NCBI RefSeq assembly: GCF_036321535.1
Contig: NC_087436.1
Coordinates: 74,526,001 to 74,590,000, forward strand
Reading direction: 5' to 3'
Length of the DNA: 64,000 nt
From: Camelus dromedarius
Taxonomy: Eukaryota
The translations under genes and the position numbers were made by a program. Below the pieces are notes generated by a model. The model saw only the letters and a program-made list of their open reading frames with translations, was not told where the DNA came from and did no database searches. This document shows, piece after piece, positions 41,886 through 53,994 of this stretch; position 1 is the first letter of the stretch, and every line of letters starts with the position of its first letter.

Positions 41886-43578
41886 CAAAGAGGAGAGGAG
41901 GATGTGGCATTGATAACATTTTGGGATTGATGCAGGCAGGTGGGTCTTGAGCACAGATACACACTGTTAACAGAAATAGGGAACTTGGGAGTTGGGGTGA
42001 GTTTGCGATGGAGGGATATGATTTCAGTTTTGTGAAGACCAGTTTGAGGTACAGAGAGGACGACCCAGGAGAACCGCCCTTTTGGTAGAAATTCAGAACT
42101 GGACTGCAGGCAGAGTTCAGTACTAGAGATGAAATTCTGAGGGTCATTTCTAGGTGTGTGATAGTGGTAAAGACATGAGGATCTCAGATTCCCCGAGATC
42201 ATGCCTGTAGACCCCAAAGACAGCCCACATTCTTTGGATAGAGACAGCTAAGGCATTAGGCCGTAAGTGTGGTACCATGAAATGCTGGTGTGTAGGAATT
42301 CATTTCAGCTGCTGTGGGTGAGTTAGAGCCTCCCCTCACATGTCTGTCCTACAGCGCTTTTCAGTTTTGAAGCCTGTTCATGAACCAAAGGAGGAACTTC
42401 GTATTTTCCATTTCCCCATCACATACTGGTGGGCAGTAGCCCTCAGGAGTCGTTTTTAATACCAGGCAGAGAAACAGGCTCACATGATGGAATTTTAAAA
42501 TGGCATTATACAATGTACATATTTTGTATGACAAAGTTAGAAGACAGAGACTCTGAAGACATAAACTTAAATTAAAAAACAAAACTTTTAGACCAAACTG
42601 TTTTATAACCCTTCATTTTGTGTGTGGTTTCCAGGGGGTGTAAAAATACTCAGTGGGTGTGTGGGTGGTTTCTCGTGTTTTGGAAATGGTGAGAATATGA
42701 GATGCTGAGCAGTGGATTCTGGGCTGAGAGCTGTAATCACTAACTCTGATTCTTTCCCAGGATTGGCTCCTGGGTGCATATCTGAATCTGAAAACCCAAC
42801 AACGGTCCAGAATCCACAGCAATAAACCACTCTTTCCTGCACACCGCCCCCGACACACCAAAAAAAAATTAGAATTATTATGGCAAAGAGGAAAGGGAAT
42901 GGAGGAGGATGGTTCTTCCTCGCCTTGTCTCCTTTCATGTTTTTGCTGACTGTTCCAGTCAGCGCTGCATCAGAGAAGGCTGGGATGGTGGTTTCTCCTC
43001 GCCTGCAACACAGCAGCCCCTGCACAGCTGCGATGGAAAGAGTTCTAAATATAACCCAGACCCATTTCAAATCTTCCTCCCTGTCTTGGCGGATGTGGTA
43101 AACACCCTAAAAATACCTGCTGTCTGAACCTTTGAGGTATCTGAAGAGGAAGGGGCAGGTGGTAGAATTAGGGCCGCGGGGTGGTGTTGGGAGGCCCGGC
43201 TGCTGCCCACGGGCCCTGCTCCCAAAGCTGCTTGGCGAGCGGTCAGCCATGCCATCCTGCTCAAGGATAAGAGCCCACTCTCGAGTCTCATATTCACTGT
43301 TGGCAGGTTTCAAGGGAACTATTCATAGACAGGGCATCTGTTCCCTGTCCCATTGACCTCAAACCTGCAGCTGCCACCGTGGTACCCAGGCAGTGCGGGG
43401 GTGGGGGTTATCTTATTTCACAGAATCGGAATTGTAGAGCTAGCAAGGCCCTTAGACATATTATTCATAAAACTTCCATTAAAATCACTGCATTTGGGGA
43501 GTCATTTCTCTGCCTGTGTAGTGATCATGGTAATTTAGAAATGGAGTCTGAGTCTTGCATTATTAAAAGAAATCACTC

Positions 43579-43726
43579 TCCAGTATTCAGTTTCTTGTAA
43601 TAACATATAATGGAAAAGAATCTGAAAAGAAAAAAATATATATGTGTATATATGTATACCTGCAACTAACATTGTAAATCAGCTACTCTTAAATCTTTTT
43701 TAATTTTTTATAAGAAATTAAAAAAG
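43579..43726 (+). mobile_element. Short L1 3' end with TSD
   Basis: tcttgtaataacatataatggaaaagaatctgaaaag...aacattgtaaatc. 11-bp TSD agaaatcactc at 43568-43578 and 43727-43737. Confidence 0.8.
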
Positions 43727-43820
43727 AGAAATCACTCATTTCATAACACACAGGAGGATCATGAAATCAGTCTTGTTAAAAATATTGACTAAGCGATCCT
43801 GCATAAGGCTTTTTATTTTT

Positions 43821-44004
43821 AAATTTTAAATTAAAAAAAATTGAAGTATGGTTGGTTTACAATGTTGTGCTAATTTCTGGTGTACAGCATAATGATTCAT
43901 TTATACATACATGTATTCCTTTCCATATTATTTTCTATTATAGTCTATTACAAGGTGTTGAGTGTATTTCCCTGTGTTGTACATTAGGACCTTGCTGTTT
44001 ATCT
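43821..44004 (-). mobile_element. Short L1 3' end
   Basis: ttgaagtatggttggtttacaatgttgtgctaatttctggtgtacagcataatg; degenerate TSD (aagg/aagc..cttttattttt). Confidence 0.85.
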
Positions 44005-44909
44005 AAAGCCCTTTTATTTTTTAATTAAAAATGGGAATTTGAGGCTGATTCTCACCCCAAATTTAGCATCTTGAATTTAAAGTTCACTGACAGCACAGCC
44101 AGACACCGAGAGTCTTGTTTTTAGGGAGGTTTTCAATATCTAGTTTCTAGAATTCCAGACCATCACTGTGGTATTTAATTGAAGAACCACAGCTGACCTC
44201 TGTTTTCTTGGGAAAGAAAGATTTCGCAGATCTCCAATACCCACAGGTGTGTTGCGCAGGCAGTCAGCACCATCTTACAAAACCACATAAATCACCCCAC
44301 TTTTTAAATATATGATAACTACCTTAGCCCAGTCTCCTTCAGTAGAGTCAGAAGGTGCAGGGAATGCAGAACCTGTGCTTGGAGCTGTCGGGGAGAGCAG
44401 AGGGGCCCCCAGGAAGCCCGTATAGCTCACGGAGGAGAAGGGATCAAGTCCTATGTTGCATTCTTTTCAATATGTTCATTACGGTGGTTACAGAATTTCC
44501 ATAATGGTTTGCGTCCTCCGCTGTGAGCTTCTTAAATCTCCTTCCTGTATCTGGGAGAGTGTCATTTATTTTTCCCTCATGGATTGGGAAGTAAATGGAA
44601 GTGGTTGGAGTTTTTGTCACTTAACATGTATCTGAAACAGCAGCCACCTCTAGAAGCTCATTTCCATGGGACCAGGGCACCTGTAGCAGGACCTGAGCTG
44701 CGTGGGAGATGGTCTGCTCTGGGAGTCGGTGTGATTTTGTGGGGAGAGCGTGGTCTGGAGTTGGCAGTTTCGGTTATATAGAAGCCAGGGAGGGTGTGGA
44801 CACAGGGGGGTCACTGTTTTCATGCATGTCAAGGAGAAAGGATGGGAGAGGGAGGGGTCCCCAGGTGGCATCATCACAGGTTCTCAAACCTTTCCCTCTG
44901 AAATTCCAG

Positions 44910-45024
44910 AATGAAGACCTTCGAAACTTGTCGCTTTCTGGCCATGTTGGATTTGACAGTCTTCCCGACCAGCTGGTCAACAAGTCCACTTCTCAAGGAT
45001 TCTGTTTCAACATCCTGTGTGTTG
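44910..45024 (+). CDS. SEPTIN11: Septin-11 coding exon 2 ([39 protein letters not shown])
   Basis: Pyrimidine tract and ttccag| acceptor, 115 nt, donor TTG|gtgagt. SEPT6-group motif [13 protein letters not shown]. Confidence 0.98.
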
Positions 45025-46894
45025 GTGAGTGACTCATCCCTTGCTCCAAGCAAGGAGTCTGACTCTTAAGTGTTGGCACGTGACTGTCAGAGGGGTGTGT
45101 TTCGGGAAATGGTATTTTTACTCTTTTATTATTAGTAAAGCAGGGCAATAATACCCATTCCATGTAGGTCACATAGTTACAAAAATTGAGATTATATTTA
45201 GGTAGATGCTTTGTGAGCTTTGTGGTGTTACTTAAATTATTATTTTTATTTGCATCATACAGTCAAGCAAGTAGTTTAATATTGTTATTTAGCCACTTAT
45301 TTGAATTTTTGGTGGATGGAAGGACTTAGGCCCTAACTAGACTAAAGGAAGTTGGAAGAAGGAACAGAAATGTACATACATAGGAGGATCATTGAAAAGC
45401 ATTTTAAGAATTTGTTTCTGTTTCTCTGACTATGTGCAGTAGTCACCTCCATTAAAGTCTTTTTAAAGATATGCTACCTATAGTGAGTGAAATCTGAAAC
45501 TGCTCTAACTACTTTAGTAAGCTTACAATGTTAAAAAATTTTGCGTTTAGTGCAAAAGACAACTTAAAATTCTATTTTATATTTGAAATAAATTTCTGCC
45601 TGAATTATTAAATTAACCTTTTGTCCTTAAATCAGAATCTGAAATTGACCTCACTTTATTCCCAGGAGATGTATGGAAAAGGCCAAGAGATCTGACTTAC
45701 GCAGTTCATCCTCAGTGTGTTTTATTCATACCCTTTAAATGTCATGCGTCAGCCTAGGCCTCTGGCCTTGGTATTGTCATCATCTTCTCTAGGCGTATCT
45801 TTTTTAAATTAAGAGAAAGAAGGTAAAAAAGAAGGTGAGGAAAGAAGGGAAAACAGAAACAGGAATCTCCTGCTGCTCTGAAGCAGATATGACCCTGGAA
45901 CAGATAATGGCCTTTCCTTTGCCCTCCCCGTCCCTTCTGATGAGTGACCAGGCTAAACAGCAGTGAGGTGGCTCAGGCTGCACTGTTTGGATGCCCTGGT
46001 CCTCTGGGCATTGACTTCAGGTCAAACAAAAAAAGGAATTCTGCATGTCGCCAGTATGCTTTCTGGATGTATCCTTCCCCCAAGCTTGGCAGAGTGGACC
46101 TGGCTTGGCTTCTCTTGTCTAAAATGAAGTGAATTCAGAAAAGGTGTGTGTTCAGTGTAAGAACCACCATTTTTTACTTGGTTAGTTGTTGGGGGAGGGG
46201 CAAATAGTTTCCTTTTTGAAAATCTCCGCAAGGAACACACTGAATATAGCCCCTGCACTGAAAGCCATGGCTGACTCGCGCTACAGACAGCTCGCTGTCT
46301 GGCCTTGTGTCTCCAGCACTGGGTAGAGACTGACTGGAGAGAAACCTGACCACAGCCGCCAGCTCTCCCGCTTTCCCCTTTTCCCTCCATGAAGCCGATT
46401 AAAATTCAGCAGGGGACCTCCTGAATGGCAGCTAGTTCTCCAGAGTGGCATAAATGAGTTGTCTTTTCTCTTCTGATAAATGCTCACTGCAGAGCTGGCT
46501 GTTCTGGATTAGCATAGCAATTTGTTGGCAATTTGTTGATTTTCTATTGAAAAGTGTGCTAAATGGTAGGCCAATTACGATTCCGGCTTCTCTGCTGTCT
46601 TCCCCCAGCCCTGTCGTCAAAATCAGCCTCAGGAATCCATGTGAGAGCTCTGTCCCAGCCCCTGCAAGTAGGATAAAGCCTTCCAGTGGGGTTGGGCTGG
46701 AAGGGCCTGGTTTGACTGGGTGTGTGGTGTGCAGTGGGCTGTGCTGGCTCATTGACTGACCCTTATGTTACTAGCACAATCACCATACTAGTTGGAATTC
46801 CATCCATGCTGTGCTGTTGGGTTTGTCAAGCAGCAGCTATTCTGACCCTCCTGGATGGGTGATAATACCTAAGATTTTTAGATTTTTATTCTGG

Positions 46895-47008
46895 TTTCTT
46901 TCTTTCTTTCTTCCTTCCTTCCTTCTTTCCTTCCTTTCTTTCTTTTTTAACAAAATTGAACCCAGGACCTCATGCATGCTAAGCCTGCACTCTACCACCG
47001 AGCTATAC
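46895..47008 (-). mobile_element. Partial tRNA-Ala-derived SINE with (TTTC/TTCC)n tail
   Basis: attgaacccaggacctcatgcatgctaagcctgcactctaccaccgagctata, preceded by a pyrimidine microsatellite. Confidence 0.8.
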
Positions 47009-47189
47009 TGGTTCCATTCTTAACCATTTTTAAATTAGTTTTTCAAACTCTTGAAAACAATACATATATATTGTTAAAATATTATAAAATATTTCCCCTT
47101 TTCCTGTCCCACCCTTATTTCCATTCTACAGAGGTAACACTGGAATCTTAGGAACTTTCTACATTTTTTTTCTGTACTTGGAAATTATT

Positions 47190-47410
47190 TTTGGAGGCTG
47201 AAAACACCACCACTTTATTATCTTACAGTTCTGTAGAAGTCCCACATGTGTCTCTCTGGGCTAAAATTGAGGCATCCGCCAAGGCTGTGTTCCTTTCTGG
47301 AACCTCAAGGGGAGAAGACATTTCCTTGCCTTTTCCGTCTGCCAGGGAGATGGCCCACCCTCCTAACTGTGGGACCCTTTCCTCCATCTTTGAAGCCAGC
47401 AATGATACAT
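47190..47410 (-). mobile_element. MLT1 LTR fragment
   Basis: tttattatcttacagttctgtagaagtc...gggctaaaattgagg...gttcctttctgga...tccttgccttttcc...ctccatctttgaagccagcaatg. Confidence 0.75.
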
Positions 47411-50400
47411 CTCTCTCCAACTGTTCTTGTAGTTGGAGGTTTTCCACCGAGAATTGCAAAAAAAGCTAGTTTAAACTCAGTTAAGGCTCTGCTGCAACCC
47501 CAAAACACACTAAAGAGGTAACAGACTGAATTGTGTAATTAAAAACAGCTGGCTCCAGGGAGTCAGAGTGCTTTCAGGGCTCTGTCTCTGGTTCTGGATC
47601 CTGCTGGCTTCTGCCTGGCTTCGCGTTTGGGCTTTTTCTTCGCGGAGGTGGTATGGCCTCTAGTGGTGTTCCCAGCTCGGCAGCTCCCGAGGAGAGACTC
47701 AGCCACGCCTGACCAGGCTTCCTGCTCAGCCAGGCCTGAGTCATGCCCACCCAGTGCGGGAGACGGGGTTCGTCCACCCCGGGACACATGAGGTTCCCAT
47801 AGGAAAGAAGACATGGAGAAAGGAGAATGGGCATGGGAGAGGCGCACGCTAGACAGACATAAACAGGTCTCTCACGGTTACATAAGCACTTTTTTTGTTT
47901 TGGTTTTACACAAATGAGGTCATGCTGTTCCTATTCTTCTGTATTTTTTTTTTCCCACTCCATAAGTTCTGCCTATCCTTCCATTTCAGTATATCCAGCT
48001 GTCCAGGTTCTTTTCTGTGGCACTTTGGTTTGGCTGGAGACCTCTGGTTTGAGCCAACTTTAGCTCTTGGGGAGAGAGGGTGTCAGCATTAAGTATTAAG
48101 CTTATCCTCATAAGGTAGGACACATCAAATCCCTTCCCAAATATTTTACAGCAAAATATCTGTATAAGAAAACAACTCTCACTGTCTGTCTGTTTTTAAA
48201 GTAAGCACCTATGAGAAAGCATTCTAGTTCACCAAAATATTTTGACAGCCACTTAGAGGACTAGGTGTCATATTTAACTTAAGAGTCTCCCCAGTACTTT
48301 CTTTTCTCCTTGTCACCCTCCTGTTTGTATTTTTTACACAGTATGCACATGTGTGGTGTTTACAGCATCATGACTTTCTTTTCATGCGATCAGTATGGAA
48401 GGGAATTGAGGATTTAACAAAAAGAATTATGAGCCTAGTAAGGAAACTGATGACGTTTTTCAAAGAGGTCTTAGAATCGTATATTTTGTGGTGAGAGCAT
48501 CTAAGTTGTAAACAGAGGAAATAAACCAGGGCAGAAACGAATCCTCCTGACAGCTTAGTCTAATTGTAGAGGCACTGAATTTAATGTCTGGTGTTAGACC
48601 CTACCTCTGCTGAATCCTGGAAAGAAACGTCATAAAGAGCAGGAGAGTAATGTTCACCTGGCCAGGAAGAGAATTCTTGATGCTAAACTGGGGACAAGAC
48701 ACCCAAGAGTTCATAGTTCCCCTACTTTCCATCCTACCTACAACACACTAATTCACCCCCAAACCTGCACTTTGGTTTAAATAAAGCCTTTTTCACCCTT
48801 TATTTCACGCTGTATTTCTCCAAAGAATCTGAATTCTCAGTCAGCCTTTCTCCACAATTTTAAATGTATAGATCTTTCTTGTTCAGTCTCCAAAATGACC
48901 CCAGTTCTAGGAGAAGCTCCAGCATTGGTCCAGCTGGTTCTTTGTGCACCTCCCTCAACAGCTGGATAAAATATTGTGATAGCCCTGCTTTTGAAAAGGA
49001 ACCAGTTCACTAGAAGGGTTAAAGTAAATAGTAACACATTTTGAAAATAAAATTAAAAACAAAATTATTTCACTATAATTGTTTTGAGGGGATGGGCAGA
49101 AGAAGAATAGAAAACAGACAAGTTTAAAATCACTTTAGCCAAAGCTATAGTGTCAGCATCAACTGTGGAATTTTACAGTCAGATCTTGAACATTTTTATT
49201 CCATCTTGCTTTTCCAGGAAAGGCTATGAAGTGGTACAGATAAAATTAATCCCAGAAACTAAAGCAAAGCAAAGGTTAGAGTCAGAACTCAAAGCCATCA
49301 GGCCTGCCTGTAGCAGCTCATTCTCTCAGGAACACATTTGCCTCTCAGCCAGTGGTCAGAGCATGCAGGGACCCATTCATTCAATAGATATTTACTGAAC
49401 ACATATTATGTGCCAGAAAAAAGTTAAACGTTTAATGATGACAGCTTTGTAGTAGCTATCAAGTGAAAACAAATCTGTTGCTTTAGATGAAAATACAGTT
49501 CACCTGGAAAAATCTCTCCCATGAGTTTTCAGAAGAGTCATGCAATGGATGTCCCTCCATGTATGTCTAGGGTCCTGAATGTCCCCTAATCAGTGCCATC
49601 GAGTCACGTGATGCTGTGTGTCACGTGCTGGTCTTTCAAGTCCCTCACACCAGCTGGTGGTATTTGCCAAAGCACATTTCATCAAAGGCGATTCCGTGAG
49701 GAGTTAAAACAACATGACATAGCTCTCTGATTATCTGGCTCCATCCAAGAATAAAATCTAAAATATTTAGAGGAGGTAGACAGACCTTCATGCTAAACTA
49801 TGTAAATCAACAGCCAAGTAGCTAGTCTTGGCAATCAGAGGAAAAAATGCTGAGTCATAGATCAATGATTTGATCAGTTTACAGTTACCTTCTAATTAAT
49901 AATGCAATCCTCTAATTTTTTTGTCCTGTTTTGCTTTTGTTTTTAATAATATCCAACGAAGAGCTTGTGATTGAACTAAGCTGGAGAACAGAGTGGAAGA
50001 GGCAGGCCTGCCTTCTTTCCCCTGGGCTGTGGGTGTCACGTTCACTGGCCTTGGCAGGAGAAGGAGAAGCAGAAGCCCCAGACAGCACTTCAGGAGTAAA
50101 TCTCCAATGATTCGAACAGCTGTTTAGGAAGATGAATTTTAACAGGAGAAACAACACTGTAAAATCTACCACCGTGGCACATCTCAGTATAAATGATCAC
50201 CGTGATCATTTTCTTTCTCAGTTAACTTTTGCTAAATGCCTGCTCTGGGCCCGGTGCTCTGCTAGGGAGTTCTGAAATGTTTCAAAGTTGCTGTTAGTCA
50301 TTATTTTTCTCAAAATATCTCTATGGTTGTTTGGTTTCAGTTGGAACCTATGCCCAGCAGACTTTCAGTTACTCAATTCGAAAGAAGTCTCTTTGCTCTG

Positions 50401-52057
50401 TGTGTCCTCAAAAGTATAGAAAGTGCTTTCTTTTCTGAGGGTAGAGATTGAGCTCAACAACTAATGCATTGGAAACTTGTCCTAGTCCTAGAATTCCTTT
50501 TATTCCAAAAGCTGTCATTTCTTACTGAACTGCTTTTGGTGACTCGCACTGCCGCTGGAGGAGCTGTGTCTAATTAAGGCTCTTAAAAAGCGCAGAGCAT
50601 AGAAATGGAAAGCAAAGCAGTCTGAAATTTAGAGGAGCAGTGGTTTTTCCAACCCACTGATTAACCCTGTGCTATAAGTAGGGCCTGGAATGCTAATTGT
50701 TCATAATTTCCACCTTAATGCAAATAATAATTAAAATTACCTTGCCTTAAAAAAAAAAAGAAAAAGAAGAAAGCATAGTGTTCTTCATTCACAGATGCTG
50801 AACTAATTCGCAGCTTAGTAAAATGAGATGGTAACTTCAGGTGTGTCCAGGTAGTCTGGAATCCTTGCCATGTAAATTGAAGTCTTTATTGTGGTTCTTA
50901 GGGAAAGAGAGGGACGTTAAATGAGTCACTTTCTACTGATAGAACCTTTATCTTATGGAGAAACCTTTATAAGGTAGTTCTGCTATTGTTCCTTGTTCAG
51001 AAAATAGGTAAATCCTAGGAAGAAATTTGCTGTATTTGAGAAAGATACCCGTAGAGCAAGTACCTGAAGTGACTGGCGTCCTGTCGGGATTGACTTGCGC
51101 ACCAGGGTCTACAGATCGTGTGTGTGAGAACACTGTTTTGTTTCTGCAGCCAGTGCGTAATAACTTCGTTTTGCTCAGAGTTACTTTGTTAAGCCGCGAG
51201 TCGTGGATATGTGCTTGCTGAGCTGTGACATGTTAGGGAGCCAAGACTAGTTTAGGTTTCTCTTATTGACGGGCCTTTTTGTAAGCAGATTAAAGAAAGT
51301 AAGGAAGACTGGAAAAGTCTCAACTGCTACACCACCAGACTTCCTGGAGATCTGGAATGACACGCAGGGTTTTACAGGAGTTCAAGAAGCATCACTTGCT
51401 GTTTTTTACCCATTTTCTCCCCAGCACCTATGCTTGTCACATAGTAAATACTCAAGTATTATTAGTGAATGAATTTCAGATACTAATGTCTACTCTATCT
51501 ATCTGCTCTCTTTCTCTTATATTCCCAGCTAATGATCTGCCAACATGTCCTCTATTTACAGTCTTTGCTGCCTCCTGGCATTTGCTTATTCACTTTTTTC
51601 AGTATATCTTTTCTTTTTCATGCCATTGTGCTGTTTGCAGGTTTGAACTCCCAAAGAGAGAAATTCTGATTGGATAGGCAGGTCATTGTTCAGGTTGGAG
51701 CACTGTCACAGCATAATGATGGGGCTCTCATGGGTGCCTCTGGGAAGGGGGATAGCCCCGGTCCAATTACCTGTAGTCACTAGCAAAGTCCAGGAAGAGA
51801 AATGTGGTTATGACAGACATTTACAATATCATTCCCATAATAATAAATTAGAGTCTGGCTGGTATTCAGTCATATTCCAGGTCAGAGTCTAAGCTATGGG
51901 AGCACACTGTATCAGGCCAGTTCATTGTTGTATTCCCAGAACTTGGCACAGAGCTGGAAGAAAATACTGGCTGAACGAAGACTGATAAAGGAGGAAATTC
52001 TTTGATCTTAGCTGTATTGGGACCAATAGGAAAAGCTAAAGAGTCAGGCAAAGGTAC

Positions 52058-52198
52058 TTGTACGTCAGCTGGGTCTTCCTGTAGACTGCTTGGAGTTGGG
52101 TGGCCCGCTGGGTGCAGAATGGCTGTGTTGAGTCTGAATAATGATAGTGGTTTCAGTGGAGTCTAGTGGGGAATTCAGGTCACCCTCTCTCCAGCCAG
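52058..52198 (+). repeat. Direct repeat copy A (141 bp) in intron 2
   Basis: Aligns without gaps to 55160-55300 with 9 mismatches (hand count). Confidence 0.95.
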
Positions 52199-53064
52199 TG
52201 AGTGGCGAACCACATAAGGCTTCTAATTAGGGAAAGATCAAATCCAGAAAGATTCCAACCTACTTCACTTTCATTGGAAAGCAATGAGTAATATAGGACT
52301 CCGGATTAGTAAGTGGATTTTGTCATTACAGTGGGAGAGTTGCCCTATGGCTACAAATCCCAGAGCTGCCCCTCCCCCACAACAATGGAATCATCACATC
52401 CTAAAAGTCATTATGGAAATCCTTCAGAAGAGAGGTACTGTTCCTAGGAACATCGTAGGATTGGGATTTGTTAAAAGGGCTGCAATATATTGGTATGTTT
52501 AAACTGAGCTGAAAATCTAATTGGGAAATTTTCCAGATTTAAAAAAAATGTATTCCTATGGATAATGTTTCTTGATTTCTACCCCCGCTTTCTACCATCA
52601 CACACTCAACCACTACCACCATCACCATCACCAACAAGGGTGGGTTCTTTCTCACTGCCAACTATTTCTGACTCAACATAAGAATTGGTATTAAGAAAAG
52701 ATTTTTCTTGGTCTTATTTTGATGGTCAGGCTAAAGTTCTCCATGCCTCCACGTTTGGGTCTTACAGTTTGATTGGAAAGAGTGGTACCAGGTACCTGCC
52801 ACTCTGCTTTGCATATATTAGGGGCTCAGTGAACACTTACCGACTTGACTGAGCAGTGTGAATTAACAAGGCCATCAGTGCAGGTCATTTAACATCATTC
52901 AGTTTCATCGTCACAAACATCAGCCTGAAACTGGGAAATATAACAGATGCTTGCCATCTGCTGAATCGGGAAATAAAAATGGAGATAATCGGGAGGATTC
53001 TCACAGATTCATAACCATAACTGAAAATATCAGGCAGTCAGCCTTCTCTGTAATAGTGAAGTCA

Positions 53065-53300
53065 GACTGCTGTGTTGGTTGAATGTGGGTATTAGAGCCA
53101 CACATACTTGGGTTAGAACCCTGGCTCTGCCACTCAACAGTCGTGACTTTAGGCAAGTTACTTGCACCTTATGTAAGCCTTAGTGCCATATCTGTAAAAG
53201 AGAGGAGACAGTAGGACCTACTTCACAGGGAGAACTAGCAGGGTTTAGATGAGGTCGTGCCCACCCTAGACCTGACATAAAGTCAGGGCTCCGCAGCTGT
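53065..53300 (+). mobile_element. MIR SINE
   Basis: ttgggttagaaccctggctctgccactc...gtgactttaggcaagttacttgcacc. Confidence 0.8.
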
Positions 53301-53798
53301 AGCTGGGTTAGTTGTCACTGCTGCTGCTTGTCAAGATTGTTGTTTTGAAAAATGTAATTCTTTTCTACAACGTTAGAGGGTATCAGATAATTCAGCGTAA
53401 ATGGAATCAGTCTTTTTAATTTTCCTGGTAACAGAAACTCAGCAATATAGTTGTTTTTTATTTTAAAGTAAGAGTTTTACACACCAGCGTTTATATCTTT
53501 GTAATGACCACAAACTGACTGCAAGCAAGCTTACATGGGTTCCATTTCTCTATTCAGAGGTGAGAAAGAGCATCTTCATCTATAAGTTCAAGATTTTTTC
53601 GGCTAAAGGGTTTTTCAGATTCATTAAGGCATTTCTAGGGAGGTATCCCATAAATCACCCATGGAAAGAACTGTCTTTTGATATCTGGGGATACTGACTT
53701 TTCAAAAACTTTTTACTAACATGATTATGAAAAACTTGGTGAGCTGGTGTCTCAGAGACACTGACACGTTCTCTGATTTCCTCCTCGTGGTCATCTAG

Positions 53799-53994
53799 GT
53801 GAGACAGGCATCGGCAAATCCACGTTAATGGACACTTTGTTCAACACCAAATTTGAAAATGATCCAGCCACTCACAATGAACCGGGTGTCCGGTTAAAAG
53901 CCAGAAGTTATGAGCTTCAGGAAAGCAATGTACGGCTGAAGTTAACCATCGTTGACACCGTGGGATTTGGAGACCAGATAAATAAAGATGACAG
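53799..53994 (+). CDS. SEPTIN11: Septin-11 coding exon 3 (P-loop GETGIGKS and G3 DTVG)
   Basis: catctag| acceptor, 196 nt, donor CAG|gtacct. Phase 1 in, phase 2 out, consistent with both neighbours. Confidence 0.98.
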
